Of a DNA stretch of 64,000 nucleotides, positions 1 through 9,434 are shown in pieces. Each line of letters begins with the position of its first letter. The stretch's first letter is position 1. The stretch covers positions 59,410 through 123,409 of the forward strand of contig JBMOPZ010000040.1 of the NCBI GenBank assembly GCA_049321355.1. The letters are read 5' to 3'. Source of the DNA: Pseudomonadota bacterium (GTDB lineage Bacteria > Pseudomonadota > Gammaproteobacteria > Burkholderiales > Gallionellaceae). A program made the position numbers and the translations under genes. Below the pieces are notes generated by a model. It did not search any database. It saw only the letters and a list, made by a program, of their open reading frames with translations, and was not told the DNA's origin.

Positions 1-27
1 AAAACGCTACAGCCATATCGAGAAAAC

Positions 28-64
28 CATCCGGCGCAATGCGCTACGCTTATTGACACCCTAC
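28..64. repeat. REP-like palindromic repeat (GTAGGG..CAATAA..GCATTGCGCCG family)
   Basis: Reverse complement GTAGGGTGTCAATAAGCGTAGCGCATTGCGCCGGATG resembles the copy at 40276-40312 (GCAGGGCGCAATAACCAACTGGCATTGCGCCGGATG). Confidence 0.6.
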
Positions 65-77
65 CGAATACGCCTTG

Positions 78-102
78 CCCCGCTTGAGCGTAAGGTTAGG
101 CA
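78..102 (-). mobile_element. Left half of an attC-like site after hicB
   Basis: Minus strand reads TGCCTAAC-CTTACGCTCAAGCGGGG. The hicB stop TAA lies inside the inverse core GCCTAAC. No right half is visible before the REP repeat. Confidence 0.6.
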
Positions 103-308
103 GCGATTTCGAGGTACTCAACAATGCTTGCCGGTTGCGGGATGGGCAACCCGTCTTCGATAAGCCCCTCGATATGAAATTCGATGGCCTCACGAATCTC
201 GCGCTCCGTTTCTTCAAGGGTAAATCCTGTGGCGACGCAACCGGGCAAGTCCGGCACGTAAGCAGAGAAATTGTTTTTTGTTTTTTCGACAACGATAGCG
301 TAGCGCAT
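96..308 (-). CDS. hicB: HicB-family antitoxin (short form)
   Basis: 70 aa, MRYAIVVEK..FSAYVPDLPGCVATG.TLEE motif typical of HicB; directly downstream of a hicA-like frame. Confidence 0.9.
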   Translation of the reverse strand: MRYAIVVEKTKNNFSAYVPDLPGCVATGFTLEETEREIREAIEFHIEGLIEDGLPIPQPASIVEYLEIAA

Positions 309-311
309 ATG

Positions 312-500
312 CTAGTCCTTTAATTGTGCCTGTTTAAGTATGCTGTTCAACGTGCCGGGCGCTAAATCATCGCTTGGTTTTCCGGGTACGGTGACACGAC
401 CTCTCTTGACGGGATGCTTGAATTACCGATGGCTACCTCGCGTTGCGGCGAGATACCAACCCTCCGCTTTTAGCATGAGCAAGATTTCATTTACTTTCAT
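312..500 (-). pseudogene. hicA: HicA-family toxin with in-frame nonsense codon
   Basis: Manual translation: MKVNEILLMLKAEGWYLAATRGSHR*FKHPVKRGRVTVPGKPSDDLAPGTLNSILKQAQLKD*. TAA at 423-425 falls where GSHRQFKHP normally has Gln. Confidence 0.85.
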
Positions 501-540
501 GCGGCAAGGATAGCAGATTGCCCCCCAGTGCTGCCGAGCT

Positions 541-565
541 TGCCTAACGTTTGAGTTGGCCGTCA
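541..565 (-). mobile_element. Right half of an attC-like site (core GTTAGGC) starting the hicAB cassette
   Basis: Minus strand TGACGGCCAACTCAAAC-GTTAGGCA. GTTAGGCA is the exact complement of TGCCTAAC at the hicB end (95-102). Confidence 0.6.
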
Positions 566-1143
566 TTTGCGAGGATCTCTGATACTCGCGCTCGAATAGT
601 TGGAATGAGCTCGTCTTCAAACCATGGGTTGCGTTTGAGCCAAAAATTATTGCGTGGGCTTGGATGGGGCAAGGGGACAGTATTTGGCCAATACTTTCGC
701 CATGCCTGAACTGTCTCGGTGACTGATGCAGCTTCGCCCGGAAGGTGGTAAGCCTGCGCGTACTGCCCGATGACAAGCGTAAGCTCGAGAGCCTTCAAGC
801 GCGATAGTAACGCTGCACGCCATGCTGAAGCGCATTCGGATCGCGGAGGTAGATCTCCAGACTTACCCGTTCCCGGAAAACAGAACCCCATTGGAAGGAT
901 GGCAACTTGCTTGGCATCGTAGAAAACTTCGCGGGAAATGCCCAACCATTCGCGCAGCCTGTCCCCACTAGCATCATTGAAGGGCACGCCCGTTTCGTGA
1001 ACCTTTCTGCCAGGTGCTTGACCCGCGATCAAGATACGAGCCGACGGGTGCAGTTGCACGATTGGGCGCGGCCCTAGCGGCAGATGTTCAGTGCAAAGCT
1101 TGCAGGCACGAACTTCAGTAAGCAATGCGGCGAAAGAAGACAT
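544..1143 (-). CDS. Uracil-DNA glycosylase superfamily protein
   Basis: 199 aa; N-terminal CxxC, GQAPG motif, MGFCFPG..DLPPR.EC and C-terminal LPHPSPRN motif. Confidence 0.85.
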   Translation of the reverse strand: MSSFAALLTEVRACKLCTEHLPLGPRPIVQLHPSARILIAGQAPGRKVHETGVPFNDASGDRLREWLGISREVFYDAKQVAILPMGFCFPGTGKSGDLPPRSECASAWRAALLSRLKALELTLVIGQYAQAYHLPGEAASVTETVQAWRKYWPNTVPLPHPSPRNNFWLKRNPWFEDELIPTIRARVSEILANDGQLKR

Positions 1144-1149
1144 TCGGGG

Positions 1150-1187
1150 CGCTTTTTGCTGTCCGAGTGCATGTGATTGTTAGCTGC
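1150..1187 (-). mobile_element. Left half of an attC-like site after the TIR gene
   Basis: Minus strand GCAGCTAAC-AATCACATGCACTCGGACAGCAAAAAGCG; the TIR stop lies inside the inverse core; truncated just before the UDG start codon. Confidence 0.65.
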
Positions 1188-2244
1188 CGTTCTCTTGCTC
1201 TTCGTCCGACGAATTACTAGGAGTTTCTTTCAATTTTGAATAACGGTGCAGGTAATGCTCGATCACCATAGGGAACTCTCGCATCATCATGTATTTTTCT
1301 TTCGATATAAAGCTGAATTCCTTTATAAACGGGCCATGAAAGGTCATCTCTGATGCATCTCGAAAGATGCGAAGCGCTTCCTTCAATTCAATACCACTAC
1401 CCGATTTTGCGGCTCGATATGCGTCTAGACCAAGCTCGTAAAGCCAAGGGAAGTCATCTTTAACCAAACTTGCAATAAACAATATTCCAATCGGGTCGTC
1501 GGAACGTTTAGAAACCATATGCACCATTTCATCAATCATCATCGGATGAAATTTTCTAAATGGTCTTTTTCTATACCGTTCGGGTTCTTCGATTACTCTA
1601 CGTTCAATGCGGTCTGGAAGATCCCTAACCATCAATTTCATTTCTTCCAGCAACTTTGCAACAGCGCCCTCATCCGTTGACGACTGTTCTTTTGCCGAGG
1701 TTGGCTCTTTTAGTTGATTGAGGACCTCGTTCGCCGTTTCCTTAAAAGTCTGAACCTGAGTTTTTACAACGTCTTCGTCAGGTTCAAGAGAAGGAATACG
1801 CTCACATAATTGCATTACCAGCTTGGTAAGGGAATCCTCGCTGTCATCACTGTTTTGGAATTGATAGAAAGGCCCCGTTCCGACACGATTAAGAGAAACA
1901 CCAAGCGCAATACCATGAACTGGGGTTTCCAACTTCCCTTTTGCAACGCCAGCTTCGTATAGAATCCAAGGACGATCTACACTTCTTTCTGTCAAAAGAC
2001 ACACCACATCGGACGCGCTATCCAGTTTTGTCATTAGCCTCTTATACCAATCGTCGCCGAATTGAATTCCCTCAGTTCCCTTCTTATCTGAGGAGCGAAA
2101 CGATTTGAGCATTCCGGCGCTCACGCTTTTTAGCAGCTTACTGAACGCTTCTGCCAACCCCGCATCTCGGCTGTCATGGCTAATAAATATCAACGGCTTA
2201 TCTATTGACTTGGTTGTCTTCGATGCGCTCTCTTCGTCTGTCAT
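1180..2244 (-). CDS. TIR-domain protein with uncharacterised C-terminal helical domain
   Basis: N-terminal IFISHDSRD...VVCLLTERSVDRPWILYEAGVA matches bacterial TIR domains including the catalytic Glu; visibly AT-richer than neighbours. Confidence 0.85.
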   Translation of the reverse strand: MTDEESASKTTKSIDKPLIFISHDSRDAGLAEAFSKLLKSVSAGMLKSFRSSDKKGTEGIQFGDDWYKRLMTKLDSASDVVCLLTERSVDRPWILYEAGVAKGKLETPVHGIALGVSLNRVGTGPFYQFQNSDDSEDSLTKLVMQLCERIPSLEPDEDVVKTQVQTFKETANEVLNQLKEPTSAKEQSSTDEGAVAKLLEEMKLMVRDLPDRIERRVIEEPERYRKRPFRKFHPMMIDEMVHMVSKRSDDPIGILFIASLVKDDFPWLYELGLDAYRAAKSGSGIELKEALRIFRDASEMTFHGPFIKEFSFISKEKYMMMREFPMVIEHYLHRYSKLKETPSNSSDEEQENGS

Positions 2245-2276
2245 GATTTTTGTTTCTCCTTCCTGTGTATTTTTGA

Positions 2277-2340
2277 GCAGCTAACTTAAAGTAGACGGAA
2301 AAAATGCCGTATATCCTGAGACCACCTGCCATATATCCTG
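2277..2340 (-). mobile_element. attI-like leader: core site plus two 14-bp direct repeats
   Basis: Core GTTAGCTGC (minus, 2277-2285) complements the inverse core at 1179-1187. Plus-strand repeats TGCCGTATATCCTG (2305-2318) and TGCCATATATCCTG (2327-2340). Confidence 0.45.
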
Positions 2341-2457
2341 CTTAACCACATTTACCCCTTTGATTCTAAAATACTTAAACACGCTAACATGGCGAGTGAT
2401 TCCGTGAAAAGCGGCATGTCCTCCCATAACTCCCCGGCAAGGATACCCGAACCGCAT

Positions 2458-3246
2458 TCATGCCGTAAGCCTGCGCCGCAACCAAAAGCTGATGCCATCA
2501 ACGGCGACGATCATCAACAGCATGGCGATAATCACGGTGGCGGCTTGTTGCATCTGAAACAGTGCGAGGTGGTATTTCAGCATTTGCCCGAGGCCGCCCG
2601 CGCCGACCACGCCGAGGATGGCGGCGGCGCGGATGTTGTTTTCCCAGCGGTAGAGTGTGTAGGACATGATCTGCGGCAGGGCTTGCGGCAAGGCGGCGTA
2701 GTAAAAAGCCGCCAGCGGTTTCACGCCGTTGGTGCGCAGGGTCGTCTCCGCTGCGGGGGGCAGGTTTTCCAGGGTGTCGGCGAACAGCCTCCCCAGCACG
2801 CCGGTGGTGTGTACCGCCAATGCCAGCGTGCCGGTGAACGGCCCCAGTCCGGCGGCGATCAGCAGTATCACCGCCCAGACCAGTTCCGGGACCGAGCGCA
2901 GGGCGTTCAGCAACAGGCGCGTCGGCAGCCGCGCTGTCGCGCCGAACCGTCCGCCCGCCACCGGTGCCAGCGCGAGGCCGAAAATCAGGGCGAGCAGCGT
3001 GCCGATTGCCGACATGGCGAATGTTTCGACCGCACCGTCGGCAACTTTCACGATGAAGTCCCACGCCAAATCGGGCGGCGCAAAGCCGCGCAAGAATTCC
3101 GCCGCAGTGCCGATTGCCGTGGGGGTAAACAGGGTGTGCCAGTCCAGGGGCAGCGAGTAGAAGCTGGCGCACACCAGCAACAGCAAGCCTAGCAGGAGCG
3201 CGATTGTGGTCGGGGTGGGCGGGTTGGGTGGGCGGTAGGAATGCAC
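2458..3246 (-). CDS. PhnE/PtxC-family ABC transporter permease
   Basis: LRSVPELVWA, GxLGRLFADTLE, YRWENNIR..ILG.VGAGGLG motifs. GTG start at 3246 chosen (ORF track starts at 3294). Confidence 0.85.
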   Translation of the reverse strand: MHSYRPPNPPTPTTIALLLGLLLLVCASFYSLPLDWHTLFTPTAIGTAAEFLRGFAPPDLAWDFIVKVADGAVETFAMSAIGTLLALIFGLALAPVAGGRFGATARLPTRLLLNALRSVPELVWAVILLIAAGLGPFTGTLALAVHTTGVLGRLFADTLENLPPAAETTLRTNGVKPLAAFYYAALPQALPQIMSYTLYRWENNIRAAAILGVVGAGGLGQMLKYHLALFQMQQAATVIIAMLLMIVAVDGISFWLRRRLTA

Positions 3247-3250
3247 GGCG

Positions 3251-4084
3251 TTATCCCAATCGCTTGCGCAGCAGGCCGCTGAGCGCGTCGGCACACGCCA
3301 CCAGCAGCATTAAAACAATCAGCAGGGTCGCCACTTCGCCCCCGGCCAACATTTTCATCGACTGGTCGAGCTGTTGCCCCAGGCCGCCCGCGCCGACGAA
3401 GCCCATGATGACCGAGCCGCGAACCGCGCATTCCCAGCGGTAACAGGTGTATGACACCAGTTCGGCGGCGCAGGTTGGCAGCACCGCATACAGCAGGGTG
3501 TTGAGGCGACTGCTGCCGTTTTGTAACAGCGATGTGCTGACGCTGGCTTCCGCCGATTCGAGTATCTCGGCATAGGCCTTGCCCAACATGCCGCAGTAGG
3601 TGAGGACGATAGCCAATACGCCGGCGGTGGGCCCCAAGCCGACGATGCGCACGAACAATAATGCCCAGACCAGCTCGGGAACGCTGCGTAATACCACCAG
3701 CAGCCAGCGCACGGCTTGTCGCAGTAACGCGCCCGGCAGGCGCATCCGTCCGGTTTCCATGCGCGATAGGGATAGGGAGGCGGTCGCCAATAGCGTGAGC
3801 GGAATCGCGCCCAGCAATGCCAGCACCAGCCCGACAGTGGCGATGGCGACGGTTTGCCAGGTCGCGTGCAGTGTCAGTTGCAAAAATTCAGCGGAGTATT
3901 CCGGCGGCACGAAGTCCGCCAGAAAGCTGCCCGTTGCGCGCAGGCTTTGTCCGTCCAGCAATATCCACGGCTGAAACTCGCAAGCCAGCAGCAGCGGCCA
4001 CAGCAGCACCAGCGCGATCACCGATAGCGTCAGGCGACCCTGCCACGCGGGGTCGCGGTGATGGTTGCGGTTGGCGGGACTCAT
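3251..4084 (-). CDS. PhnE/PtxC-family ABC transporter permease
   Basis: LRSVPELVWALLFVRIVGLGP and YRWECAVRGS.IMGFVGAGGLG motifs. Confidence 0.88.
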   Translation of the reverse strand: MSPANRNHHRDPAWQGRLTLSVIALVLLWPLLLACEFQPWILLDGQSLRATGSFLADFVPPEYSAEFLQLTLHATWQTVAIATVGLVLALLGAIPLTLLATASLSLSRMETGRMRLPGALLRQAVRWLLVVLRSVPELVWALLFVRIVGLGPTAGVLAIVLTYCGMLGKAYAEILESAEASVSTSLLQNGSSRLNTLLYAVLPTCAAELVSYTCYRWECAVRGSVIMGFVGAGGLGQQLDQSMKMLAGGEVATLLIVLMLLVACADALSGLLRKRLG

Positions 4085-4174
4085 GGAAAGGGCGTTCCCT
4101 TATCTACACCAAAATCCCGGTGGCGCGGGGAATGTCCCGCTCTCGTATTGGGAGAAGAACACGCGACGCGCATC

Positions 4175-4993
4175 TCAGCAAATCACCCCGTTGCTCACGG
4201 TCGCAAGGGACGCTGCGCCTTCGTCCAGTGCACGATGCGCGGCATTGCGGTAGAGCGCGTCTATCATCGCATCCGTCACTTCGGCGCTGGCGGCATCGAA
4301 TACCACGCGACCTTCACGCAGCCCGATTAGGCGCGGGAAGCGGCTGCGCGCCAGCTCCACTTGATGCAGGCTGCATACCAGCGTTGCCTTGCGTGCATGC
4401 GCCTCTTGTTGCAGCACTGCCAGGGTGCCAAAAGACAGGGTGGGATCCAGGCCGGAAAGCGGCTCGTCCACCAGCAGGATTTTCGCACCCGACACCAGCA
4501 GGCGCGCCAGGCCGCAGCGTTGCCGCTCGCCACCGGACAAGCGGTCAACCCGCGCATACAGTTTGTCTTGCAGATGAAATTTTGCCAGTGCCCGATAAGC
4601 GGTCTCGGCATCGCGCGGATAAATCAAGGAACTGACGGCCTGCCAGAAACTCCACTGCGGCAATCGCCCGGCGAGTACCGCCGACACCACCCGTTGGCGC
4701 GGCGGTAGCGGCGGGGTTTGCGGCGCGAGAAACAGCCGTGCGCGCAGCGCGTGACGCTCGCCGTGACTGAGCGACCACGGCGCGACACCGCACAGCGAAA
4801 GCTCCCCCGAAACCGGCGGATGCGTGCAGGCCATGGTGTGCAGCAAAGTGGTTTTGCCCGCACCCGACGGTCCGATCAGCGCGACCTGCTCGCCCGCAGC
4901 GATGTTCAGATTGATGCCGCTCAGCGCGCGCACCCCGGCCTGGCGTGAAGCCGCCGGGTAATGCACGCACACGTCACGGAGCAACAGCGGCAT
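4175..4993 (-). CDS. PhnC-like ABC transporter ATPase
   Basis: Walker A GPSGAGKT, signature LSGGERQR, Walker B LLVDEP. Confidence 0.9.
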   Translation of the reverse strand: MPLLLRDVCVHYPAASRQAGVRALSGINLNIAAGEQVALIGPSGAGKTTLLHTMACTHPPVSGELSLCGVAPWSLSHGERHALRARLFLAPQTPPLPPRQRVVSAVLAGRLPQWSFWQAVSSLIYPRDAETAYRALAKFHLQDKLYARVDRLSGGERQRCGLARLLVSGAKILLVDEPLSGLDPTLSFGTLAVLQQEAHARKATLVCSLHQVELARSRFPRLIGLREGRVVFDAASAEVTDAMIDALYRNAAHRALDEGAASLATVSNGVIC

Positions 4994-5868
4994 TACTTCA
5001 ACAGTCCCGCGCTACGTGCAGCCTGTTCGATTGCGTCGTAATTTTCCACTTTGGTGGGAATGAAACGGGTGGCGCGTTGCAGTTCGAGGATTGCCCTGTC
5101 ATGCAGATTGTCGCGATCAAGCGCGAGGAATGCCTCTGTCAACTTTTGGCGCAGTGCCGCATCCATATCGGTGCGCACTGCCCAGTTGTAATCGTAATAC
5201 CCCGGCGTGGTGTAAAAAACACCCACGACTTGCTCGTTCACCTTGCCTTGCGCCAACAACTTTTGCCATACCGAGATGTTCAGCGCGCCCGCGTCCACCT
5301 TGCCACCCGCCACCGCCGCAACAGTCGCGTCATGCGCCCCGGAAAAGGCAATACGCTTCATGTCCGCCTCGGGGTTGACACCCGCCGCAAGCAAATACGA
5401 GCGCGGCATCAGATGCCCCGAAGTGGAAGACTCCGAGCCAAAACTGAAAGTCTTGCCCTTCAAATCGCCCAGACTGGCAATGTCATTGCGCGTGGTAATG
5501 AAAACCGACTTGAATTTTTCATCCTCCTCGCGCTGCACCAGCGGAATCACCTGATTGTGGCTGCGCACTTTGGCCTGCACAAAAGTGAAGCCGCCAAACC
5601 AGACCATATCCAGTTTATTGTTGACCAGACTTTCCACCGCGGCGGCGTAATCGCTCACCGGCGTGAATTCGACCTTCATGCCGATTTTCTTCTCCAGATA
5701 CTCCCCCAGCGGCGTGAATTTACGCTGCAACTCGGTCGGAGCCTCATCCGGTATGGCCGACACGCGCAATACCGGTTGCGCCGACGACATGCCTGCGGAA
5801 AGCGTCAATATTGCTGTCACGATAAAACTGAAAATAGATTTCCCTGCTGCTGAAAACGCGTAATTCAA
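4993..5868 (-). CDS. PhnD-like substrate-binding protein (putative selenate ABC transporter type)
   Basis: Signal peptide, SAIPDEAPTELQRKF, DYAAAVE, WFGGFT, STSGHLMPR; TAATG coupling to the ATPase gene. Confidence 0.8.
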   Translation of the reverse strand: MNYAFSAAGKSIFSFIVTAILTLSAGMSSAQPVLRVSAIPDEAPTELQRKFTPLGEYLEKKIGMKVEFTPVSDYAAAVESLVNNKLDMVWFGGFTFVQAKVRSHNQVIPLVQREEDEKFKSVFITTRNDIASLGDLKGKTFSFGSESSTSGHLMPRSYLLAAGVNPEADMKRIAFSGAHDATVAAVAGGKVDAGALNISVWQKLLAQGKVNEQVVGVFYTTPGYYDYNWAVRTDMDAALRQKLTEAFLALDRDNLHDRAILELQRATRFIPTKVENYDAIEQAARSAGLLK

Positions 5869-6078
5869 GATGAATGCTCCATGCGGGTTGAAAAGGGCGA
5901 GAAGTATAAATTAGGCGGCTACCAATAGGCGGCACAAATCACATCGCTGCATGGTCGATTTGGTTTTGCGCCCCCGAGTTTTTCCGGGATGATGGTGTCG
6001 CCGAATCTGGTCTAATTTGTTTTTTTGGTTGCCTTATAATGCCGCGCTATCCCTGCCCCGGTAGAAATATCCGCCCAC

Positions 6079-7950
6079 ATGAGCCGCGAATCTTCGCAAC
6101 AAAAATTGCCCGCACTGGCCCTGGGTGCGCTGGGCGTGGTATATGGCGACATTGGCACCAGTCCGCTGTATGCCCTCAAAGAAACTTTTGCCGGACATCA
6201 CCCGCTTGCCGTCGTCGAGGGGAATATTCTGGGGGTGCTGTCCATCATGTTCTGGACCATCATGTTGCTGGTGTCGCTCAAGTACGTCGCGATCATCATG
6301 CGCGCCGATAACCACGGCGAAGGGGGTTCACTCTCTCTGCTGGCACTGGTCGGTGATCTGACGGCAGAATCCCCCAAAACCAAATGGTTCATCACCGCCC
6401 TCGGCATTTTTGCCGCCGCACTGTTCTACGGCGACAGCATGATTACCCCCGCCATTTCGGTACTGTCGGCTGTCGAGGGGCTGAAAGTGGTTTCGCCGCA
6501 ACTGAGCCACTACGTCATTCCACTCACCATTGTCATTCTGACCGGATTATTTTTTATCCAGAAGCACGGTACCGGCAAAGTGGGTATGGCTTTCGGCCCT
6601 ATTATGATTTTCTGGTTTGGCTGCCTTGCGGTTCTCGGGCTGATTTCCATTGCACAAAGCCCGCACGTACTCTTGGCACTCAATCCGGTTCATGCCTATC
6701 GCTTCCTGACTGCGGAACCGTGGATGGCATTTCTGTCTCTCGGCACGATCGTGCTCGCCGTAACTGGCGGTGAGGCGTTATATACAGACATGGGGCACTT
6801 CGGAAAATTTCCGATTAGGGTAACGTGGTTTTCATTCGTGTTGCCCGCTCTGGTGCTCAACTACTTCGGGCAAGGCGCGCTGTTATTACAGGATGCGCAC
6901 GCCATCGAGAATCCGTTCTACCTGCTCGCGCCGGTCTGGGCGTTGCTTCCCATGATTCTATTGGCTACAGCGGCAACCATTATCGCCTCGCAAGCCGTGA
7001 TCTCCGGTGCTTTCTCGGTCGCCAATCAGTCTGTGCAAATGGGGCTGCTGCCGCGTATGGAAATTCGCCAGACTTCGGATAAAGCCCAAGGGCAGATTTA
7101 CGTGCCCTTCACCAACTGGACACTTTATCTAGCCGTGCTATTTTTGGTTCTCACCTTCCAAAGTTCCAGCAACCTGGCCGCCGCATATGGTATTGCCGTC
7201 ACCGGCACGATGACGATCGACACGCTGCTGATCGCTTTTGTCATCCTGATGGCCTGGCGCTGGCCGATGCCGCTCGCAATCCCGTTGATTGCAATCATTC
7301 TGATTGCCGACCTCGCCTATTTCGCCGCCAACGCACTGAAGATACCCCAAGGCGGCTGGTTTCCACTGGGTATCGCGGCGATCTCTTTCACTGTTCTCAC
7401 CACCTGGAAACGGGGGCGAAAATTATTATTTACCGAGATTGAGCGCCGCAATATCCCGATGCAGGTCATTATTGACGGCACCGATGACGTATCCAGAGTG
7501 CAGGGTACGGCAGTGTTCCTCACCAGTGCGAGCCATGGCGCACCGTCGGCCATGATGCACAATCTTAAACACAACCAGGTGCTGCACGAGCGCAACATAT
7601 TACTGACCGTGCGAATCGAAGATCGTCCCTATGTCACGGAAGACGAACGTCTCGTCATCAAGGATTTGAAAAAAGGCTTCTTCAGGGTGATCGTCAATTA
7701 CGGCTTTATGGAAATTCCCGACATTCCAGCCGCACTGACACTATGTGACGCCAGGGGGTTGCCCTTCGATATGATGTCCACGTCGTTCTTCATTTCGCGC
7801 GCCATGATTGTTTCCAGTCCGACCCCCGGCATGACAAAATGGCGCGAACGATTATTCCTTGCCTTGTCCAAAAACGCGATGAATGCGGCCGACTTCTTCA
7901 AAATCCCGGTCAACCGCGTGATTGAAATGGGTACGCGAATCGAGATTTGA
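6079..7950 (+). CDS. kup: KUP/HAK/KT potassium transporter
   Basis: [15 protein letters not shown] signature; 623 aa polytopic membrane protein. Confidence 0.95.
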   Translation: MSRESSQQKLPALALGALGVVYGDIGTSPLYALKETFAGHHPLAVVEGNILGVLSIMFWTIMLLVSLKYVAIIMRADNHGEGGSLSLLALVGDLTAESPKTKWFITALGIFAAALFYGDSMITPAISVLSAVEGLKVVSPQLSHYVIPLTIVILTGLFFIQKHGTGKVGMAFGPIMIFWFGCLAVLGLISIAQSPHVLLALNPVHAYRFLTAEPWMAFLSLGTIVLAVTGGEALYTDMGHFGKFPIRVTWFSFVLPALVLNYFGQGALLLQDAHAIENPFYLLAPVWALLPMILLATAATIIASQAVISGAFSVANQSVQMGLLPRMEIRQTSDKAQGQIYVPFTNWTLYLAVLFLVLTFQSSSNLAAAYGIAVTGTMTIDTLLIAFVILMAWRWPMPLAIPLIAIILIADLAYFAANALKIPQGGWFPLGIAAISFTVLTTWKRGRKLLFTEIERRNIPMQVIIDGTDDVSRVQGTAVFLTSASHGAPSAMMHNLKHNQVLHERNILLTVRIEDRPYVTEDERLVIKDLKKGFFRVIVNYGFMEIPDIPAALTLCDARGLPFDMMSTSFFISRAMIVSSPTPGMTKWRERLFLALSKNAMNAADFFKIPVNRVIEMGTRIEI

Positions 7951-7962
7951 TTACACCCAATC

Positions 7963-9387
7963 TCAACGCAACATCGCCAGCCCCCAGGCCACACCAAACC
8001 CCGTCACCTCACTGCTCACCGCACCCAGACCGCCCTCGCAGCGGCTGGCAGACAAATCCACATGCAGCCACGGCACATCGTGTTCGACAAAGCGTTTCAG
8101 GAAACGGGTAGCGAGAATATGATCGGCATCACCGCTGAGCGTGCATTGTTTGATGTCGGCAACCTTGGAGTCCAGCGCGGCCTCGTAGTCTTCGTCCAGC
8201 GGGAAGGCACACAAACGTTCGCCCGTCTGCCTGCCAAGCTGTACCGCACGCTGCACCAGGTCATCGCGATTACCCAGCACGCCGCTATAACGCGCGCCCA
8301 GTGCCGTCGCCATACTACCTGTAAGAGTGGCAAAGTCGATCAGCAAATTCGGCCTGGCACGCGAGGCCAGCGTAAGCGTGTCCGCCAGCACCATGCGGCC
8401 TTCGGCATCGGTGTGCATGATTTCTATGGTGGTGCCGTTGAGTGCGGTGACAATGTCGTTTTGTTTGTAGGCTTGCGGGCCGATGTGATTTTGCGCAATC
8501 GCCAGCCAGCAGTCGATATTGACGGATAATTTCTGCTGCGTGGCCGCCAGCAAAATGCCGAGTACGACCGCCGAGCCGTTCATGTCTTCGTGCATATTGT
8601 GCATGTAGCGCGCGGGTTTCAGGTTGTGCCCGCCGGTATCGAAACAAATGCCTTTGCCGACCAGTGCGACTGTTTGCCGCGCTTGCGGATGGCGGTAACC
8701 GAGATGCACGATAGCCGCGTCTTGCGGATTGCTGCCCTGTGCCACCGCGAGGAATGCGCCCGCCCGAATTTTGCGCAGTTTGGGCAGGGTAAATTCCTCA
8801 TGCTTCCAGCCATGCTGTTGTGCCAGCTTTTTCACCCGCCGACGATACCCGGCCGGTGTCAGCTCGTTGGGCGGCAGAACGGTCAACTCGCGGCACAGCA
8901 CGTTCCCCTGCGCCCGTGCGCGCAGCGCGGAAAATGGTTTTTTGTCGATATTGCCAACCACCACAATCTTTTTCAGAGGTTTGCGCTCATCCTTTTTTTT
9001 ACATACCGGCAACAGCGCGCCGTTTACCCACGCGCCATACACTGCCAGTTCGGCGGCGTGTTGGGCGATACCGCCGGTCACGGCGATGCTTAAGGCTTTG
9101 GGTTGTTCATCCAGCAGCAATTGCAAGGCCTTGCGCACCTGAACCTGCTGCGCGAAGGTCTCTTTCCCCGCGTCCAGCATGACCCATACCACCAGCGCAC
9201 CGTTTGCGGCATTCGCGGCGACCGGGGTTTTCGCCAACTCGGTCGCCTTCAGGTCGCGGCGTTTGAGCACTGCGGCGAGCAAATCACCGTGCGGCACATC
9301 TTTCGGCAGGTGCTTATCCGATGGCAACAACACCAGCAAATGCGTGCTGGCGGGCAAGGTCTGGGAATAGCTCAATTGTGCTAGCAT
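7963..9387 (-). CDS. M17 leucyl aminopeptidase-family protein
   Basis: [24 protein letters not shown] and ATLTG metal-binding motifs. Confidence 0.9.
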   Translation of the reverse strand: MLAQLSYSQTLPASTHLLVLLPSDKHLPKDVPHGDLLAAVLKRRDLKATELAKTPVAANAANGALVVWVMLDAGKETFAQQVQVRKALQLLLDEQPKALSIAVTGGIAQHAAELAVYGAWVNGALLPVCKKKDERKPLKKIVVVGNIDKKPFSALRARAQGNVLCRELTVLPPNELTPAGYRRRVKKLAQQHGWKHEEFTLPKLRKIRAGAFLAVAQGSNPQDAAIVHLGYRHPQARQTVALVGKGICFDTGGHNLKPARYMHNMHEDMNGSAVVLGILLAATQQKLSVNIDCWLAIAQNHIGPQAYKQNDIVTALNGTTIEIMHTDAEGRMVLADTLTLASRARPNLLIDFATLTGSMATALGARYSGVLGNRDDLVQRAVQLGRQTGERLCAFPLDEDYEAALDSKVADIKQCTLSGDADHILATRFLKRFVEHDVPWLHVDLSASRCEGGLGAVSSEVTGFGVAWGLAMLR

Positions 9388-9434
9388 TACGTCCTCTAAA
9401 AGTCATTCAACCCCGCGATTATACGGGCTTCACC

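Noticed and set aside
423-776. 117-aa ORF in the track
   Set aside because: Artefact: it overlaps the UDG gene out of frame, and only its last 25 codons are the real hicA start.
5880-6070. Riboswitch between the ABC operon and kup
   Set aside because: No recognisable aptamer consensus; only a TATAAT-like element near 6035.
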